Virus record (IMG/VR): IMGVR_UViG_3300029258_001507
Location: 801 to 64,800 of that record
Reading direction: 5' to 3' (one strand)
DNA from: a virus
Lineage: Duplodnaviria; Caudoviricetes
Length of the DNA stretch: 64,000 nt
The translations under genes and the position numbers were made by a program. Of this stretch, positions 8,242-18,649 are shown piece after piece. The notes beneath the pieces are model-generated. The model was not told the origin of the DNA. It searched no databases and saw only the letters and a list, made by a program, of their open reading frames with translations. Numbering within the stretch: the first letter of the stretch is position 1; every line of letters begins with the position of its first letter.

Positions 8242-10505
8242 TTCTTCCGCCCCCGTGCCGGAGAGACAAATTTCCTGGGCCGCTTCGCCGCTATTGGCGT
8301 ATCAACACCAGCCCAACTCGTCCGGCGTTTCTGCTGGGCAATCGTTCGCTTGCTGCGTTGCGGTATTTCTGCCGCCAAGGAGGCACTAATAGACTTGGCT
8401 ATCGAGGACTTACTGCGTTTCTGGCCAGACTGGTTTTCACCCACGTTGGCTGGGGTCCACGCACACCGACAGTTTGGGTGGCGCGGTATCTTGCCCCTCG
8501 CTTCCTTCAGTGTGACCACTATTCCATCAAGAGGTTTGCATAGAGTGCAGTTATGCACCAATAGGCCATTCGCGAAGAATTCCGGCTCGTCCTCAACCTG
8601 TATGTCATACACCGCTATTGCCTTTCTGGCCAGCCGATGATATAGTACGGTTATATCACTCAGGAGCGGTCGCCCATGCCATTTCAGTTTGCTTGCAGCA
8701 TATGCAACCAATCGTTCGCCAGACACACGCAGTCGCTCAAAGACGGCTGCACAAATGTATTTTGCTCTAGAGCGTGCTACTTTGAGAGCCGAAAAAATGG
8801 CGGAGACCGTGCTTGCCCAACATGCGGAAAGCTTGTCCACAGGAGTAAACGAAACACTCGCCAATTCTGCTGCAGGGAATGCTACGACGCCAGCAGGCAA
8901 AAGGTCGTCGTCACCAAGACTTGTGTCGGCTGTGGCTCCAACTTCACCATCAACAAGAGTGTTCAACACAGATACAACTACTGCTCTATCGCGTGCAAGA
9001 GGGAGCATATGGCCGGCGAATGGCGCGCGTGCCAAACATGCGGCACTCGCTTTTGGCACAAAGGCTCCGACATTGCGCGTGGACTTGACAGGAAGCATTG
9101 CTCCGAGGAATGCAGAAGACCTCCTGACTACATTAAGTGCGACACTTGTGGGAAACGCTTTCGCAGATGCCCTTCCCAGACAGACAAGCGGTTTTGCAGC
9201 CTGGCGTGCTATAGACGTTCCACTTCGGAAACAACGATAGAGCGTGATGTGCGACTTTCTCTTGATAACCTCGGCATTGAATATATCAAGGAAGCTGCCC
9301 TTGGTAGATACGCGATTGACTTTCTCTTGGAGTCCCCAAGGATAGCCCTCGAAGTCGACGGTGACTACTGGCACAGGGACCCATCCAAAGACGCAAGAAA
9401 AGATGCCTACCTCACCAGCAATGGGTGGACTGTTGTGCGAATAAGAGAGTCTGAAATCAAAAACGCTGTCGATCTTGACGCCCTCGTCTTTGAACGACTC
9501 CAACGTGTCGCCCACGGATAGTGCATCGGCCGGAATCCAGCCCTGTTTCACGCGATCCCAGAATGGATGATCTGACGTCGCCGTTACGTGATGCTTCCCG
9601 GCCGCAATGCTAACCATCTTTCCGCTATAGTCTCTCTTCGTAGCTGCAGTGACCCTCTTGTATCCTTTGCGCGTTAGTACCATCATTCCAGGACGGACAG
9701 CCTGAATGGGAATGTCGCCGTCCAGCGTCGTCACCATCGTAAACGCCGGGAAACATACCCTATCGTCTCCAGCAGTACTCCACTCAACCTGCACGCCCAC
9801 CTCTTCGACGCCTAGCCTCTCCATGGCGTCTAGCTGGCCTTCCGCGTGCGCCCGAATAATCTCGGTCCTGGCAATCAGTTCAGCTCGCCGCCTATTCCCG
9901 TTCACAATCGCTGCCATGTCCCTCGCGATCTTGCGTGGGTTGTCACCTTGCACTAATCCGTCAGTCAATGCTCTGCTTAATTTGGTCGCCAAATCACTCG
10001 TAGCACCCTTCAGGTCCGTCATCGTCCTGGCGGCCAGGGTCTTCACCTTCTCCTGTTGCACAGGCTGAGCAAAGCTAGAACGAAGGAATTCCTCCCGGGT
10101 ACCCTGATAGAAGCCAGATACGTCTTCGCCCGTTTGTAAAGCCGCCTTGCGTGTATCATCAAATGCACGACCAGCCCCCTTCCTATAGCCTTCCTCAATG
10201 TACTTTTCGAGGAATGCTTCGTCTAAATCCTCGATCTTGATCCCACGCATCTGCGTGTTGAGTTGGTCCTCCAGCCACTGGCGGAATCCCGCCAATTGCT
10301 CCGGGGTCGACTGGAATCGGAACCGCTGGTTTCCTGCCAGCAATATAGATTTCGGACCTGCCAGACCAAACGCATCCTCCCTGACGACCAAGTCAAATAG
10401 AGCCGCCTTCACCTTCCGGTATCGCCTACGAATATCCGCCTGCGCAACCCGACGCAATGTCTGCGAACGTGTTGGGTCCATCTTCACTGGATTTCTAGCT
10501 GCCAT
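8238..10505 (-). CDS. Head morphogenesis protein (Mu gpF/SPP1 gp7 family) containing an intein
   Basis: RAELIARTE, W.TAGDDRVC, C..C..LDG, P.HPNCRC motifs, interrupted by a 402-aa insertion. Confidence 0.9.
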   Translation of the reverse strand: MAARNPVKMDPTRSQTLRRVAQADIRRRYRKVKAALFDLVVREDAFGLAGPKSILLAGNQRFRFQSTPEQLAGFRQWLEDQLNTQMRGIKIEDLDEAFLEKYIEEGYRKGAGRAFDDTRKAALQTGEDVSGFYQGTREEFLRSSFAQPVQQEKVKTLAARTMTDLKGATSDLATKLSRALTDGLVQGDNPRKIARDMAAIVNGNRRRAELIARTEIIRAHAEGQLDAMERLGVEEVGVQVEWSTAGDDRVCFPAFTMVTTLDGDIPIQAVRPGMMVLTRKGYKRVTAATKRDYSGKMVSIAAGKHHVTATSDHPFWDRVKQGWIPADALSVGDTLESFKDEGVKIDSVFDFRLSYSHNSPPIAGEVGIFSCVFGWVPVPVVTVDFEGYPWGLQEKVNRVSTKGSFLDIFNAEVIKRKSHITLYRCFRSGTSIARQAAKPLVCLGRASAKAFPTSVALNVVRRSSAFLGAMLPVKSTRNVGAFVPKASAACLARAPFAGHMLPLARDRAVVVSVLNTLVDGEVGATADTSLGDDDLLPAGVVAFPAAELASVSFTPVDKLSACWASTVSAIFSALKVARSRAKYICAAVFERLRVSGERLVAYAASKLKWHGRPLLSDITVLYHRLARKAIAVYDIQVEDEPEFFANGLLVHNCTLCKPLDGIVVTLKEARGKIPRHPNCRCAWTPANVGENQSGQKRSKSSIAKSISASLAAEIPQRSKRTIAQQKRRTSWAGVDTPIAAKRPRKFVSPARGRKK
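8618..8646 (+). promoter_or_regulatory. Sigma70-like promoter for the antisense endonuclease gene
   Basis: TTGCCT-N17-TATAGT with a TG extension; AGGAG RBS before the ATG at 8676. Confidence 0.6.
8676..9521 (+). CDS. Zn-finger repeat plus DUF559/Vsr-like endonuclease, antisense inside the intein
   Basis: Five CxxC...(F/Y/H)CxxxC modules, then IDF...IALEVDGDYWH...D..KD..L...GW.VVRI.E. Confidence 0.85.
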   Translation: MPFQFACSICNQSFARHTQSLKDGCTNVFCSRACYFESRKNGGDRACPTCGKLVHRSKRNTRQFCCRECYDASRQKVVVTKTCVGCGSNFTINKSVQHRYNYCSIACKREHMAGEWRACQTCGTRFWHKGSDIARGLDRKHCSEECRRPPDYIKCDTCGKRFRRCPSQTDKRFCSLACYRRSTSETTIERDVRLSLDNLGIEYIKEAALGRYAIDFLLESPRIALEVDGDYWHRDPSKDARKDAYLTSNGWTVVRIRESEIKNAVDLDALVFERLQRVAHG

Positions 10506-10517
10506 GACACGCTGCCT

Positions 10518-10919
10518 TCACTCGGGATATATCGGATCGCCGTTGTGCCTGCCCCTTGATGGAATTGCCATAGGTAAATGCAACTCCTCATGCACTTCGC
10601 CTCGCTCCTCGCGATCCTTCTCGGTCCACCGGGCCTGGATTTCTGCCGTCTTCTGACGTATTTCCTCAGGCGTAGGCATGTACGCCCTAGCGTCCCCAAT
10701 TTCTTGATTGGAACGAATCACCACACCCCAGAACACTAGCCTCTCTCTCGCACGGGACGTACCGCAACGCATTAGTCGCGATATCTCCTTCAACGTGCTA
10801 CCCTGCCTGTATAGCTCGCAGAATTCCTCTCTTCGATCACGTATCGCCTTCGGTATCAACATCAAACTCGCCCTCGTCTTCGGCCGGCATGACGTTCTCC
10901 AAGTAGCCCTCCGCGACAT
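10518..10919 (-). CDS. Small HTH protein (true start probably near 10865)
   Basis: LYRQG.TL.EI...M.CG helix-turn-helix pattern; YMPTPEEI motif. Confidence 0.55.
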   Translation of the reverse strand: MSRRATWRTSCRPKTRASLMLIPKAIRDRREEFCELYRQGSTLKEISRLMRCGTSRARERLVFWGVVIRSNQEIGDARAYMPTPEEIRQKTAEIQARWTEKDREERGEVHEELHLPMAIPSRGRHNGDPIYPE

Positions 10920-12372
10920 CGTCCTCTATCTCAAGCACGCCAGTGAGGAAATCCTTCGGATGGAGCAAATTCTCGCCACCGCCCTGCAGATATTTCACCA
11001 TCGATTCCGTGCGCTTCGCCGCTATGACCGCCCGTTGCTCGTCAGTCAGATTATCCATGCTCGGCCACAGAATCGTGTAGCCGTCACCCGGCTCCGATAA
11101 TACACCAAACAATATCAGCCTGTCTATCGTTGGTGAAATCACCCGAGGACTCAGGTAATCGTTCTGTCGCTTCGATAATCGTCGATTCCATGCCCGCTCA
11201 TCCTGGCCGGAAGCCAATTCCCCACGCTCCGAGCCCATGAATATCCGCTTCGGAACACCCAATCGAATACAGATCGCATCTATCTGCACCTGCAAGTGGT
11301 CCGACGGGTCCTCCACCTGTGTACGTAAGCTGTTCGCCGACATCCCCAAAAGCATGATGTATCGCTGAAGACCGTTTGCGTAGTTCTCGATCATCGTGCG
11401 CATGTCGTCGTTGTCGATATCCACATCGCCGCCGAGCTCCGGATGCGTTTCAAAGCTGATTCCAGGAAATGCCCCCTTGTAATACATCTCAGGCGAAGCA
11501 CCCAACAGCTTCCGGATATTCAACAGGTAATTGAATACCTGCAATTGCCTCGGTAGCCCAAATAGCTCACTGCTACGCAGATTGTCCGCAATGTGGATGA
11601 TGCGCGACCAATGCACATTGACTGTAGATTGCGTAGGTGACGCAGAACCGCCAGAAGAATCCAGCGTGCCGTCACCAGTCCCTACGGTAAGAGCATATTG
11701 CGTGGGCTGCCCATACCTGGAATTTGATGGGTCGGTTTCATACGCAGTAATCTGGGCCAAGTCCTCAGAAAACGCCCGGAAGAACAGGACATTGTACTCG
11801 CCCACCGGCGACGTCGGCATGTCACGCTCGAATCCCTTCACGGGCTCATGCAATGGCAATCCATCATCAATCCCGATCAAAATGACGCCATACGACCCGA
11901 TGCCGCTCAATACATCAACACGCTGAAGGTAATCCCACACTATCCCGCCGGTTTCACCCTGGTACCAGCTTGATCCAGCGATCTCCCGATTGAGCCCCTC
12001 CCAATCACGCTCGAATTCCGTGCTGGTTTGCGGGTTCGCGTCCTCGGTAACCGTCGGCGTCAATAGCCATGATTCCGAAGGGAATATCTCCACGACACGC
12101 GAAGCCACACCCTCGCGCAAATACATGTCCCGGTAATTCTGCAACGTGATTGAGTCAGTCGCAGGGTAGCCACACTCATCATTGATGCTGCGGCGAGGGT
12201 CGATGTCGTCGCTATCGTTGTAATAGCGACTAATCGAGCGTACTGCATTGGCCAGCATTCTTCGCCTACCAGTATTCTCCGTTGGCTGCGGTTCAGCCTT
12301 CTTCGTGCGCCGCACAGCCTTCTTCTTCGCTGACTTCTTTGCCATCCTTCTGCCCTCGTAAATGGTTTTCAA
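10837..12372 (-). CDS. Portal protein (DUF1073-like)
   Basis: VHWSRIIH, FG.P, GVPKRIFMGSERGELAS.QD...W motifs; directly after the terminase. Confidence 0.85.
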   Translation of the reverse strand: MKTIYEGRRMAKKSAKKKAVRRTKKAEPQPTENTGRRRMLANAVRSISRYYNDSDDIDPRRSINDECGYPATDSITLQNYRDMYLREGVASRVVEIFPSESWLLTPTVTEDANPQTSTEFERDWEGLNREIAGSSWYQGETGGIVWDYLQRVDVLSGIGSYGVILIGIDDGLPLHEPVKGFERDMPTSPVGEYNVLFFRAFSEDLAQITAYETDPSNSRYGQPTQYALTVGTGDGTLDSSGGSASPTQSTVNVHWSRIIHIADNLRSSELFGLPRQLQVFNYLLNIRKLLGASPEMYYKGAFPGISFETHPELGGDVDIDNDDMRTMIENYANGLQRYIMLLGMSANSLRTQVEDPSDHLQVQIDAICIRLGVPKRIFMGSERGELASGQDERAWNRRLSKRQNDYLSPRVISPTIDRLILFGVLSEPGDGYTILWPSMDNLTDEQRAVIAAKRTESMVKYLQGGGENLLHPKDFLTGVLEIEDDVAEGYLENVMPAEDEGEFDVDTEGDT

Positions 12373-13985
12373 AACGCGCCCACACGGCCACGGAGCGTCT
12401 TGGCAACCTGCCCGTACATGGCCAACGCAAATGCGTCTGATTCGTCGGGACTGCAGCCCAACATCTTCTCTAGGGTGATCTCCGCACTGTCCGGATTCTT
12501 CGCACGCTTAGGCGGTAACCACATCCTGCCAGACTCGTCGTATTGTAATGGCAATGGCGCCAACTGCCTACGTAACTCCGTTTCAGTCACTGGAATAGCG
12601 AATGGCTTGTTCATCGCCGGGTCCAATCGCTCGCGAATAGCCCAGTACATCTCGCATCGCTTGTTCTTGAATGCGTATTTTGTCTCGTCTTCGCCCTCTC
12701 GCTGCTTAAGCGTCTTCCTCGCACGAGTACGCTTGGCGGTCGCGGCCGCACCGAACCGTATAGCGTTTACGTGATGCCCGTATTGGTCCCGCAATAAATC
12801 CACGTGCTGCTTCCCGCCGCCACCAGCATCAAAATACACATCCTTGGCAGATAGCTTGTGCTTCGCCATATACGCCATTGTATGCTTGGGAATGTCTGAA
12901 GTGTCAGGGGTCTTCACTGATACCAACTCAACAATACCTTCCCGGGAGCATATGCAATACGCCGTACTGTCGCCTCCCTCGGCAGGGTCAACACCCATGG
13001 TCCATCCAACCTTGTTGTATGCCGTGCGAGCAAATTCAGCAGACATGGCGAGCCATTCCGGAGGATACAGCAAGACCTCCTTGCCACGATAGAATTCGCC
13101 ATCAAGGCTAATCGACTGCATCATCGGGTCCCAATTGGTCCGACGCTCGATGTACTCATTGATGCCGATTAGCCCAGGTACCACCATCGGCTCTGGGGGA
13201 TTCTGCTTGTTCTTCAGCTTCCACGATAGAGCCAACCGCTTGTATTCCTTGCCCGACAATACGCCCCTGGGGTATTTGTCACTCTTGACCAGGCAGGGCT
13301 CCGGCTTACGCTTGCCTTCCCTTATCTCCTGGAGTCCGGCCTTGACGTTCGGGCTGTCTTCAGCGCGGACGTGGATGACATTCGTCCGTAATCCATCACC
13401 AGTAATGGACTTGACGTTTCCTGCCTCTGCCTTCTCCTGGAAGAAATTGGCGCATGGAAACGGATTGCCGATGATGAGAATACAGTGAGCCCACGTCTTG
13501 CACGACTCGTAGACCGTGTTTTTGATGCCAGACGACTCATCTAATACCACGAGCGTGCGTGGTATATTCAGGAATTGTGGCAGGTGCCTACCTAGGAGGG
13601 CTTCACCCTTGGTGACCGTCTGGCCGATAAGCTCGGATTTGTCGACAAATTCCCCTTGATTGTCGACCTGGCGAATGTGCATGTGGTTGTATTGCAGGGG
13701 GAGCGGATGCCGACTGGTGTTTATCAGCTGCCGAATTTCCCCCCATAGCACATCATTAAGCTGATTGCCACTCGCACTAGTGGTAACCGTGCGGGCAGGC
13801 CTCCGAGAGCATTGCCACCACAACGCAATGAATGCGGCAATGTAATCCTTACCCAAAGCGTTGCCAGCCGGGACAACTGTCTCATAGTTGGCCACAACGC
13901 TGTCTATGATTTCCCGCTGGTAGCTGGCCAACACCATATCAGGCCAACACATACGTTGGAAATCATACGGATCAATGAACGACAT
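12369..13985 (-). CDS. terL: Terminase large subunit
   Basis: Walker A-like GNALGKD, VVLDES, IGNP, RNase H GVDPA.GGD, N.R.EMYW, SPDE.DA. Confidence 0.92.
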   Translation of the reverse strand: MSFIDPYDFQRMCWPDMVLASYQREIIDSVVANYETVVPAGNALGKDYIAAFIALWWQCSRRPARTVTTSASGNQLNDVLWGEIRQLINTSRHPLPLQYNHMHIRQVDNQGEFVDKSELIGQTVTKGEALLGRHLPQFLNIPRTLVVLDESSGIKNTVYESCKTWAHCILIIGNPFPCANFFQEKAEAGNVKSITGDGLRTNVIHVRAEDSPNVKAGLQEIREGKRKPEPCLVKSDKYPRGVLSGKEYKRLALSWKLKNKQNPPEPMVVPGLIGINEYIERRTNWDPMMQSISLDGEFYRGKEVLLYPPEWLAMSAEFARTAYNKVGWTMGVDPAEGGDSTAYCICSREGIVELVSVKTPDTSDIPKHTMAYMAKHKLSAKDVYFDAGGGGKQHVDLLRDQYGHHVNAIRFGAAATAKRTRARKTLKQREGEDETKYAFKNKRCEMYWAIRERLDPAMNKPFAIPVTETELRRQLAPLPLQYDESGRMWLPPKRAKNPDSAEITLEKMLGCSPDESDAFALAMYGQVAKTLRGRVGAF

Positions 13986-14071
13986 ACGCTATCCACGATG
14001 AGACTGAGACACAGTATCTATTACTATCTCTACCAGTCCACAGACACCGCTGTCAAGTGCAATCCGCCATC

Positions 14072-14656
14072 TCACCGGCTGCCAGATACATCGTCTCTAC
14101 CCTGCCCCTGAGGCATAGTCTCCGCTAATCGCTTGTCCCAATCGATGAATACCTGCGTGTTAATCGTGGGTTGCAGCAGATTGAAGTAGTCCATCGCCAA
14201 CCGGATCATCGCACCCTTCTGCACAAATTTCAACTCAACTTCCTGGCCAACCACCTTCCCCTCATCGTCCAGCGTGTTCCGGCACTTGATCCCATCAATA
14301 CACCGCCTAACCTGCGGAGGCAACTTGCGCAAGTCGTCAATGCTGATCCTGCCATTCTCGTCACAGAAATCGACCGGGTCGCGGAATACGCAATAGGCCA
14401 ATTCCTGCAAGACGTTTTCCACGGTAAGCTGCTTGCCGAAGTCAATTTCCTTCAGAGCCTTGCCAAGGGCCCGCTTGATGCTCCGCTTCCGCATCAGCTT
14501 ACCTGCCTGCGCAGCAGCACATTTCGGCGAATACCCAGCAGCAATAGCAGCTTTAGCCCCGTCCATGCAGATCAAATATTCCTGCACAAATCGCCGTTGC
14601 CTATCAGTAAGCTTCTTCAGGTCAGTACCCCTGTCTAATAATTCAGTACTAGCCAT
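14072..14656 (-). CDS. terS: Terminase small subunit
   Basis: LTDRQRRFVQEYL...G.KAAIAAGYS motif; upstream of terL. Confidence 0.9.
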   Translation of the reverse strand: MASTELLDRGTDLKKLTDRQRRFVQEYLICMDGAKAAIAAGYSPKCAAAQAGKLMRKRSIKRALGKALKEIDFGKQLTVENVLQELAYCVFRDPVDFCDENGRISIDDLRKLPPQVRRCIDGIKCRNTLDDEGKVVGQEVELKFVQKGAMIRLAMDYFNLLQPTINTQVFIDWDKRLAETMPQGQGRDDVSGSR

Positions 14657-15012
14657 TGCCTATTACCCCCATGCCCTCCATTAACCGTATTGTGCCTTAT
14701 ATCATGGAATATCTGTACTACATTGCCTTTGTAGTGTCTGTACCTTTATTACTTCTCGGCATAATTCCGTCACCATGTCATGGGAGCAATCCGTATCCGG
14801 ATTACTGGCCCATTGCTCCAGAATCTGGATCATGGGATAGAATTCCTCCATGCTTCGCGTGTTCAAATTAACACAAAAGACGTGGCCGTTGCAAGGCGAC
14901 CACACTACGGCCCGTCGTGGCTTGCTCATTGCATTTCCTGTCCTTATGAGACACCGGGGGACAAATAGGTGGACAGAATTGTCTCCTAATACGGCTTTAT
15001 CCGTGCTGCTTA

Positions 15013-15366
15013 TTATTTTCGCTTCATCGCAGCCTCTGGCGTTGCGTAGCATTGCTCAGCCAGCAGGTCGAACTCAAAACCTCTCACATCGCGACATCGT
15101 ACCGTACCTTCGTCGTTGTCATCAATGGCACAGCACACGAATCCACGACCAGCCTCTGTGGTGTATAGATTCATCCCTGGCGTAATCGGTACTCCATCGG
15201 CCGTCTTCGGTAGCTTGTCGACGATGGCTTGCAGCCGCTTGATTTCCTTGGCCGCCTTGTCGAGTACGCTGGTTATATCGTCCGCCTCCGAATTGGTCAG
15301 CGGCTCGCTGTCCGTGAGATGGTCCAGCACCTCGACGGCGTCGGCTATCCGTTGCGTCAGTGTCAT
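15013..15366 (-). CDS. Hypothetical phage protein (LPKTADGVPI.PG family)
   Basis: Paralogous motifs shared with 25580-25915; GGAGG RBS. Confidence 0.6.
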   Translation of the reverse strand: MTLTQRIADAVEVLDHLTDSEPLTNSEADDITSVLDKAAKEIKRLQAIVDKLPKTADGVPITPGMNLYTTEAGRGFVCCAIDDNDEGTVRCRDVRGFEFDLLAEQCYATPEAAMKRK

Positions 15367-15668
15367 CCCTCCGTCTCCTCCGTGTCTTGGTTGGTTGTTT
15401 TAACCCGCCCAATTCCCCATCCGCCGTCCTCGTCCCGCCATTCATAGCCTGGCCGGCACTCGCACGGATCTCCGTAACACAGCCACAGTCTCTCTATCCG
15501 GCACCCACAATCTGGATCGCCATAGGCGTCGGTGCGATAGAGTCCGTCGTATCCATTCTCTCGCAGGTACGACTCCAGAATCTCCTGGCAGGTCGGAGGT
15601 AGGTCGCTCGTTTGGTTTTCACTCATCACTTCGTATCCTCGTGTCTCCTTGGTTGGCTTTCCGTTCAT
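15363..15668 (-). CDS. Cys-rich hypothetical protein
   Basis: YL..NGYDGL...CGC....L..C....C.PGY pattern seen in phage proteins. Confidence 0.6.
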   Translation of the reverse strand: MNGKPTKETRGYEVMSENQTSDLPPTCQEILESYLRENGYDGLYRTDAYGDPDCGCRIERLWLCYGDPCECRPGYEWRDEDGGWGIGRVKTTNQDTEETEG

Positions 15669-16568
15669 CTACCACGGCAATTCCCGCCGCCGCAGATGTT
15701 CCAGTTCGTCGGGCCACTCGTCCCAATCGCCTCCCTTTTTGTCCTTGAGTCTCAGTGGCTTGCCGTTCCATAATGGCCGTCGCCCGAACTGCTTGACGAA
15801 GACGTCCGCGTCGGCCGCGTCGCATTGCTGGACGATCCGTTCGATCCATTCGACATGGCACGGCCTCGCCCTAGGCCCAGACTCGCCGCCGATGATGACG
15901 CACCGCGCACCGGCACAAGCGACGGGTGGCATGCTTAACGATATCCGGCCGACGAGCGGCTCGACGGACAGGAAGGTTTTCATCCCCATGTCTCCGAGGT
16001 GATAGCTGTCCGGGCCACGCGAGTCGGCCGACCGCTGGTCCTCGACCGACGTTCCGATCCAGACATTCGGCAACTTGAGCGGATCGGCCCAGTGTTCTGG
16101 GTCCTCGAAGAATAGCTTGCACAGCGTGTCACAGGCTCGCCGCACTGTCGGCGTAACATGTTCCGGTCGCTTCGTCAGCAGCAAGTATTGCAGGGCGTCG
16201 GTCCGGGCGATCGTATCGCACAGCCGCACCCGCAGCGGATCGAGGTCATCCCGCTCCTCGAAGACATCGCACATCGACCCGACGAAGACCGACTCGGTGT
16301 CGTCGTTGATCGCCGCCCTGCGGTCCCACGATTCGAGTTGTTTCCACGCTCTCTCGCTTGCGGGCACGCGAACGCCGTCTGGCCCCCACGTCCCAAATAC
16401 GGCCGGATTCCGCCTCGCTTGCAGCTCCGCATAACAGTGCTCGCACCCAGTCGAGACCTTCGCGCATCCTCTCCACGGATTAAACGTGTGGTCACACCAT
16501 GCGATTGTCGTCTTCTCGCCCATTATTATCTTCCTCCGTGTCTCCGTGGCAGTCTTCCCCGGCATCAC
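15669..16568 (-). CDS. DUF5131 / phage Gp37-Gp68 family protein (true start probably 16523)
   Basis: T.I.WCDHTFNPWRGC.KVS.GC.HCYA, LLTKRP, SVEPL, GGESG. Confidence 0.9.
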   Translation of the reverse strand: MMPGKTATETRRKIIMGEKTTIAWCDHTFNPWRGCAKVSTGCEHCYAELQARRNPAVFGTWGPDGVRVPASERAWKQLESWDRRAAINDDTESVFVGSMCDVFEERDDLDPLRVRLCDTIARTDALQYLLLTKRPEHVTPTVRRACDTLCKLFFEDPEHWADPLKLPNVWIGTSVEDQRSADSRGPDSYHLGDMGMKTFLSVEPLVGRISLSMPPVACAGARCVIIGGESGPRARPCHVEWIERIVQQCDAADADVFVKQFGRRPLWNGKPLRLKDKKGGDWDEWPDELEHLRRRELPW

Positions 16569-17081
16569 CCAGCGACGGCAAGCTGAAGTGTTTTGGTAGT
16601 CGATCCGCCAGCCGCGCCTCGTGATAGCCGATGCACCAAGCTACTCGCAATGTATCCATGCTTCCGTGCCTAGGGTACGGACACTCGGGCCCATCGCCGT
16701 TATGATACGCACACCGCCCCGCGAGTCGCGATTCGCGACTCCTGACATCGCTGTTCCACAGTGGCTTCACAGTCATTATCCTCCGGCTTCCTGATTTCGG
16801 TTTGCTGGATTCCTTACTCGTCCCGGTGGTTAGCCACGCAGACAAAGCAAGTCACCGCTCCGGCAACCAGCATGCATAACACCATCCGCAGCGTGAAGGC
16901 GAGCCCGCCGCCCGTCCTGATCCATTCCGGGCCGACGTGGTAGATGTACGTCCCCGCCAACCCGACACATCTTGCCATCGATGGCCTTCTGTAGCTCGGC
17001 GACTTTCCGTGTCTGGCATTTGTGCCCGTGGGCTAGCGACAACATCACTCCGTCTCCTCCGTGTCTCCGTGGTTACTTACC

Positions 17082-17546
17082 TCAATCCAACACGCGCCGC
17101 TCCCGTTCTTCCGCGTCGAGGTCGCGTTGATAGTGGATGCGGTAGACGCCCGGCGGCAAAACGACGTTGCCGTGCTCCGGGTGGGTGATCGTGCGCTCTT
17201 GCGTGCAGTGCAGCACCGGACCATCGAGCGGCCCCGCGTCGGCGACACGGTACACGAGCACGCCATCTAGGGCGTCGAGGCAATGCCGACTGCCCTGCGT
17301 ACTGCCGGGGACGAGTTGCAGCGACGGCGTGTCCTCGGCCGTCGCGCCGGTCGGCACGTCGCCCAGCAGGGTGATGTAGACGTCGCCCTGTCTCCAGCAG
17401 TCGCCCGGCGTCGCCGCCTCGGGGAACCGCTGCGGTTGGTCGTTACGGATTGCCTCGGCCGTTTCCTGAATCATTTGAAGTTCTTGTGCGGTCGCGCTCA
17501 TTACGAAGCTCCTATAATGCTGACGTTTCGGTTTCCACCCAGCCAC
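17082..17546 (-). CDS. Conserved phage protein (RQGDV...H.EH), partner of the DUF6745-like gene; true start probably 17501
   Basis: WRQGDVYI, SRH, ITHPEH..V.LPPG.Y...YQR. Confidence 0.7.
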   Translation of the reverse strand: MAGWKPKRQHYRSFVMSATAQELQMIQETAEAIRNDQPQRFPEAATPGDCWRQGDVYITLLGDVPTGATAEDTPSLQLVPGSTQGSRHCLDALDGVLVYRVADAGPLDGPVLHCTQERTITHPEHGNVVLPPGVYRIHYQRDLDAEERERRVLD

Positions 17547-18622
17547 TGTTGGGCCTGTTCACAACTAGTGATTTCGCGTGGTACGTGCATGGCGAAGACT
17601 TTGGCGGTCGACGGACACGAGCAGACGAGTCTCCGTTGCCCGTCGCGTGCCTCCATCAGGGCCTCGCGCGTACCGTCGACATCGTTGCGTTGCTTATCGA
17701 CGACCGTAGCTCCCGTCTCGGCCAGGTAGCGCGGCCAGCCGTAGCGGTCGATCCGAAGGCGTTGCACCTCCGCATTCTCCTCGCCGTGTATCTGATCGAG
17801 GGTCTGTGTCTCGGGCCGTATGACGATTTGCTCGTCGACCGCGACGCCGTCGATGTGCCACAACTGCCATCCATCGCGCCAAGTGATCGACGGCCCGGCT
17901 TCGTTGTGCAACCGGCCCTCTTGCAGGTGCAGCTCCGCCGGGCGATCGGCCAGCGCGGCGAATCGGTCTCCGTAGATGCACCAGGACGCATTGAGCGCGT
18001 GCTGCTCGTCGGCGGCGAATGCTTCCAGCAATCGGTCATCCCAGTGGCACACATCGCGGAAAAACGAGACGTATGCATACCAAGATGCCCATAGGTTGCC
18101 GCCACGATAGGAACGTAGGACTTGACCCCCGACTTGCGAATGGACTTGCTTCCGGACTTGCGAATAGACTTGACCCCCGACTTGCGAATGGACTTGCTTC
18201 CGGACTTGCGAATAGACTTGACCCCCGACTTGCGACTCGACTTGCGACTCGACTTGCGACCCGACTTGCGACTCGACTTGCGACTCGACTTGCGACCCGA
18301 CTTGCGAATAGACTTGCTTCCGGACTTGCGACCCGACTTGCGAATCGACTTGCGACCCGACTTGCGTCCCGACTTGCGACGCGACTTGCGAATCGCGAGT
18401 AGCCAGCATGATCCAGGCAATCGCCGCGCCAAGTGGCGAACCGAGCCGCAAGACAATTCCGGGCTCGGGTAGTTCGGCCGCGCGATAGCATCTCCGCACG
18501 CCTACTGCCGCCGCGTCGAAATCGGCGGGCTCCGTCGACAGACCGATTGCGGTCCACTTGGCGACCCACTCTGGTATCCGGTCCAACTGCGCGTCGGTCA
18601 ATCTATCGATTCGTGATGGCAT
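17501..18622 (-). CDS. DUF6745-like protein with (xSQV)n repeats
   Basis: LH...GP.I.W.DGW.LW.IDGV, E.NAE..R..I...G, CPST motifs; central tetrapeptide repeats. Confidence 0.75.
   Translation of the reverse strand: MPSRIDRLTDAQLDRIPEWVAKWTAIGLSTEPADFDAAAVGVRRCYRAAELPEPGIVLRLGSPLGAAIAWIMLATRDSQVASQVGTQVGSQVDSQVGSQVRKQVYSQVGSQVESQVESQVGSQVESQVESQVGGQVYSQVRKQVHSQVGGQVYSQVRKQVHSQVGGQVLRSYRGGNLWASWYAYVSFFRDVCHWDDRLLEAFAADEQHALNASWCIYGDRFAALADRPAELHLQEGRLHNEAGPSITWRDGWQLWHIDGVAVDEQIVIRPETQTLDQIHGEENAEVQRLRIDRYGWPRYLAETGATVVDKQRNDVDGTREALMEARDGQRRLVCSCPSTAKVFAMHVPREITSCEQAQQWLGGNRNVSIIGAS
18119..18392. repeat. 12-bp coding tandem repeat with core GACTTGCG
   Basis: More than 20 visible units encoding SQV-x. 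Confidence 0.9.
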
Positions 18623-18649
18623 TTCAAATCTCCTGAACCCAGTACTAGG

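Larger units (their letters stand above)
8550..9755 (-). mobile_element. Intein (Hint domain), 402 aa
   Basis: Starts CFPAFTMV, block B TSDHPF, ends VYDIQVEDEPEFFANGLLVHN followed by Cys; removal restores DDRV-CTLC. Confidence 0.92.

Noticed and set aside
17656-18569. Histone-like RKS and ASRV repeat ORFs
   Set aside because: Alternative frames of the 12-bp repeat inside the DUF6745-like gene
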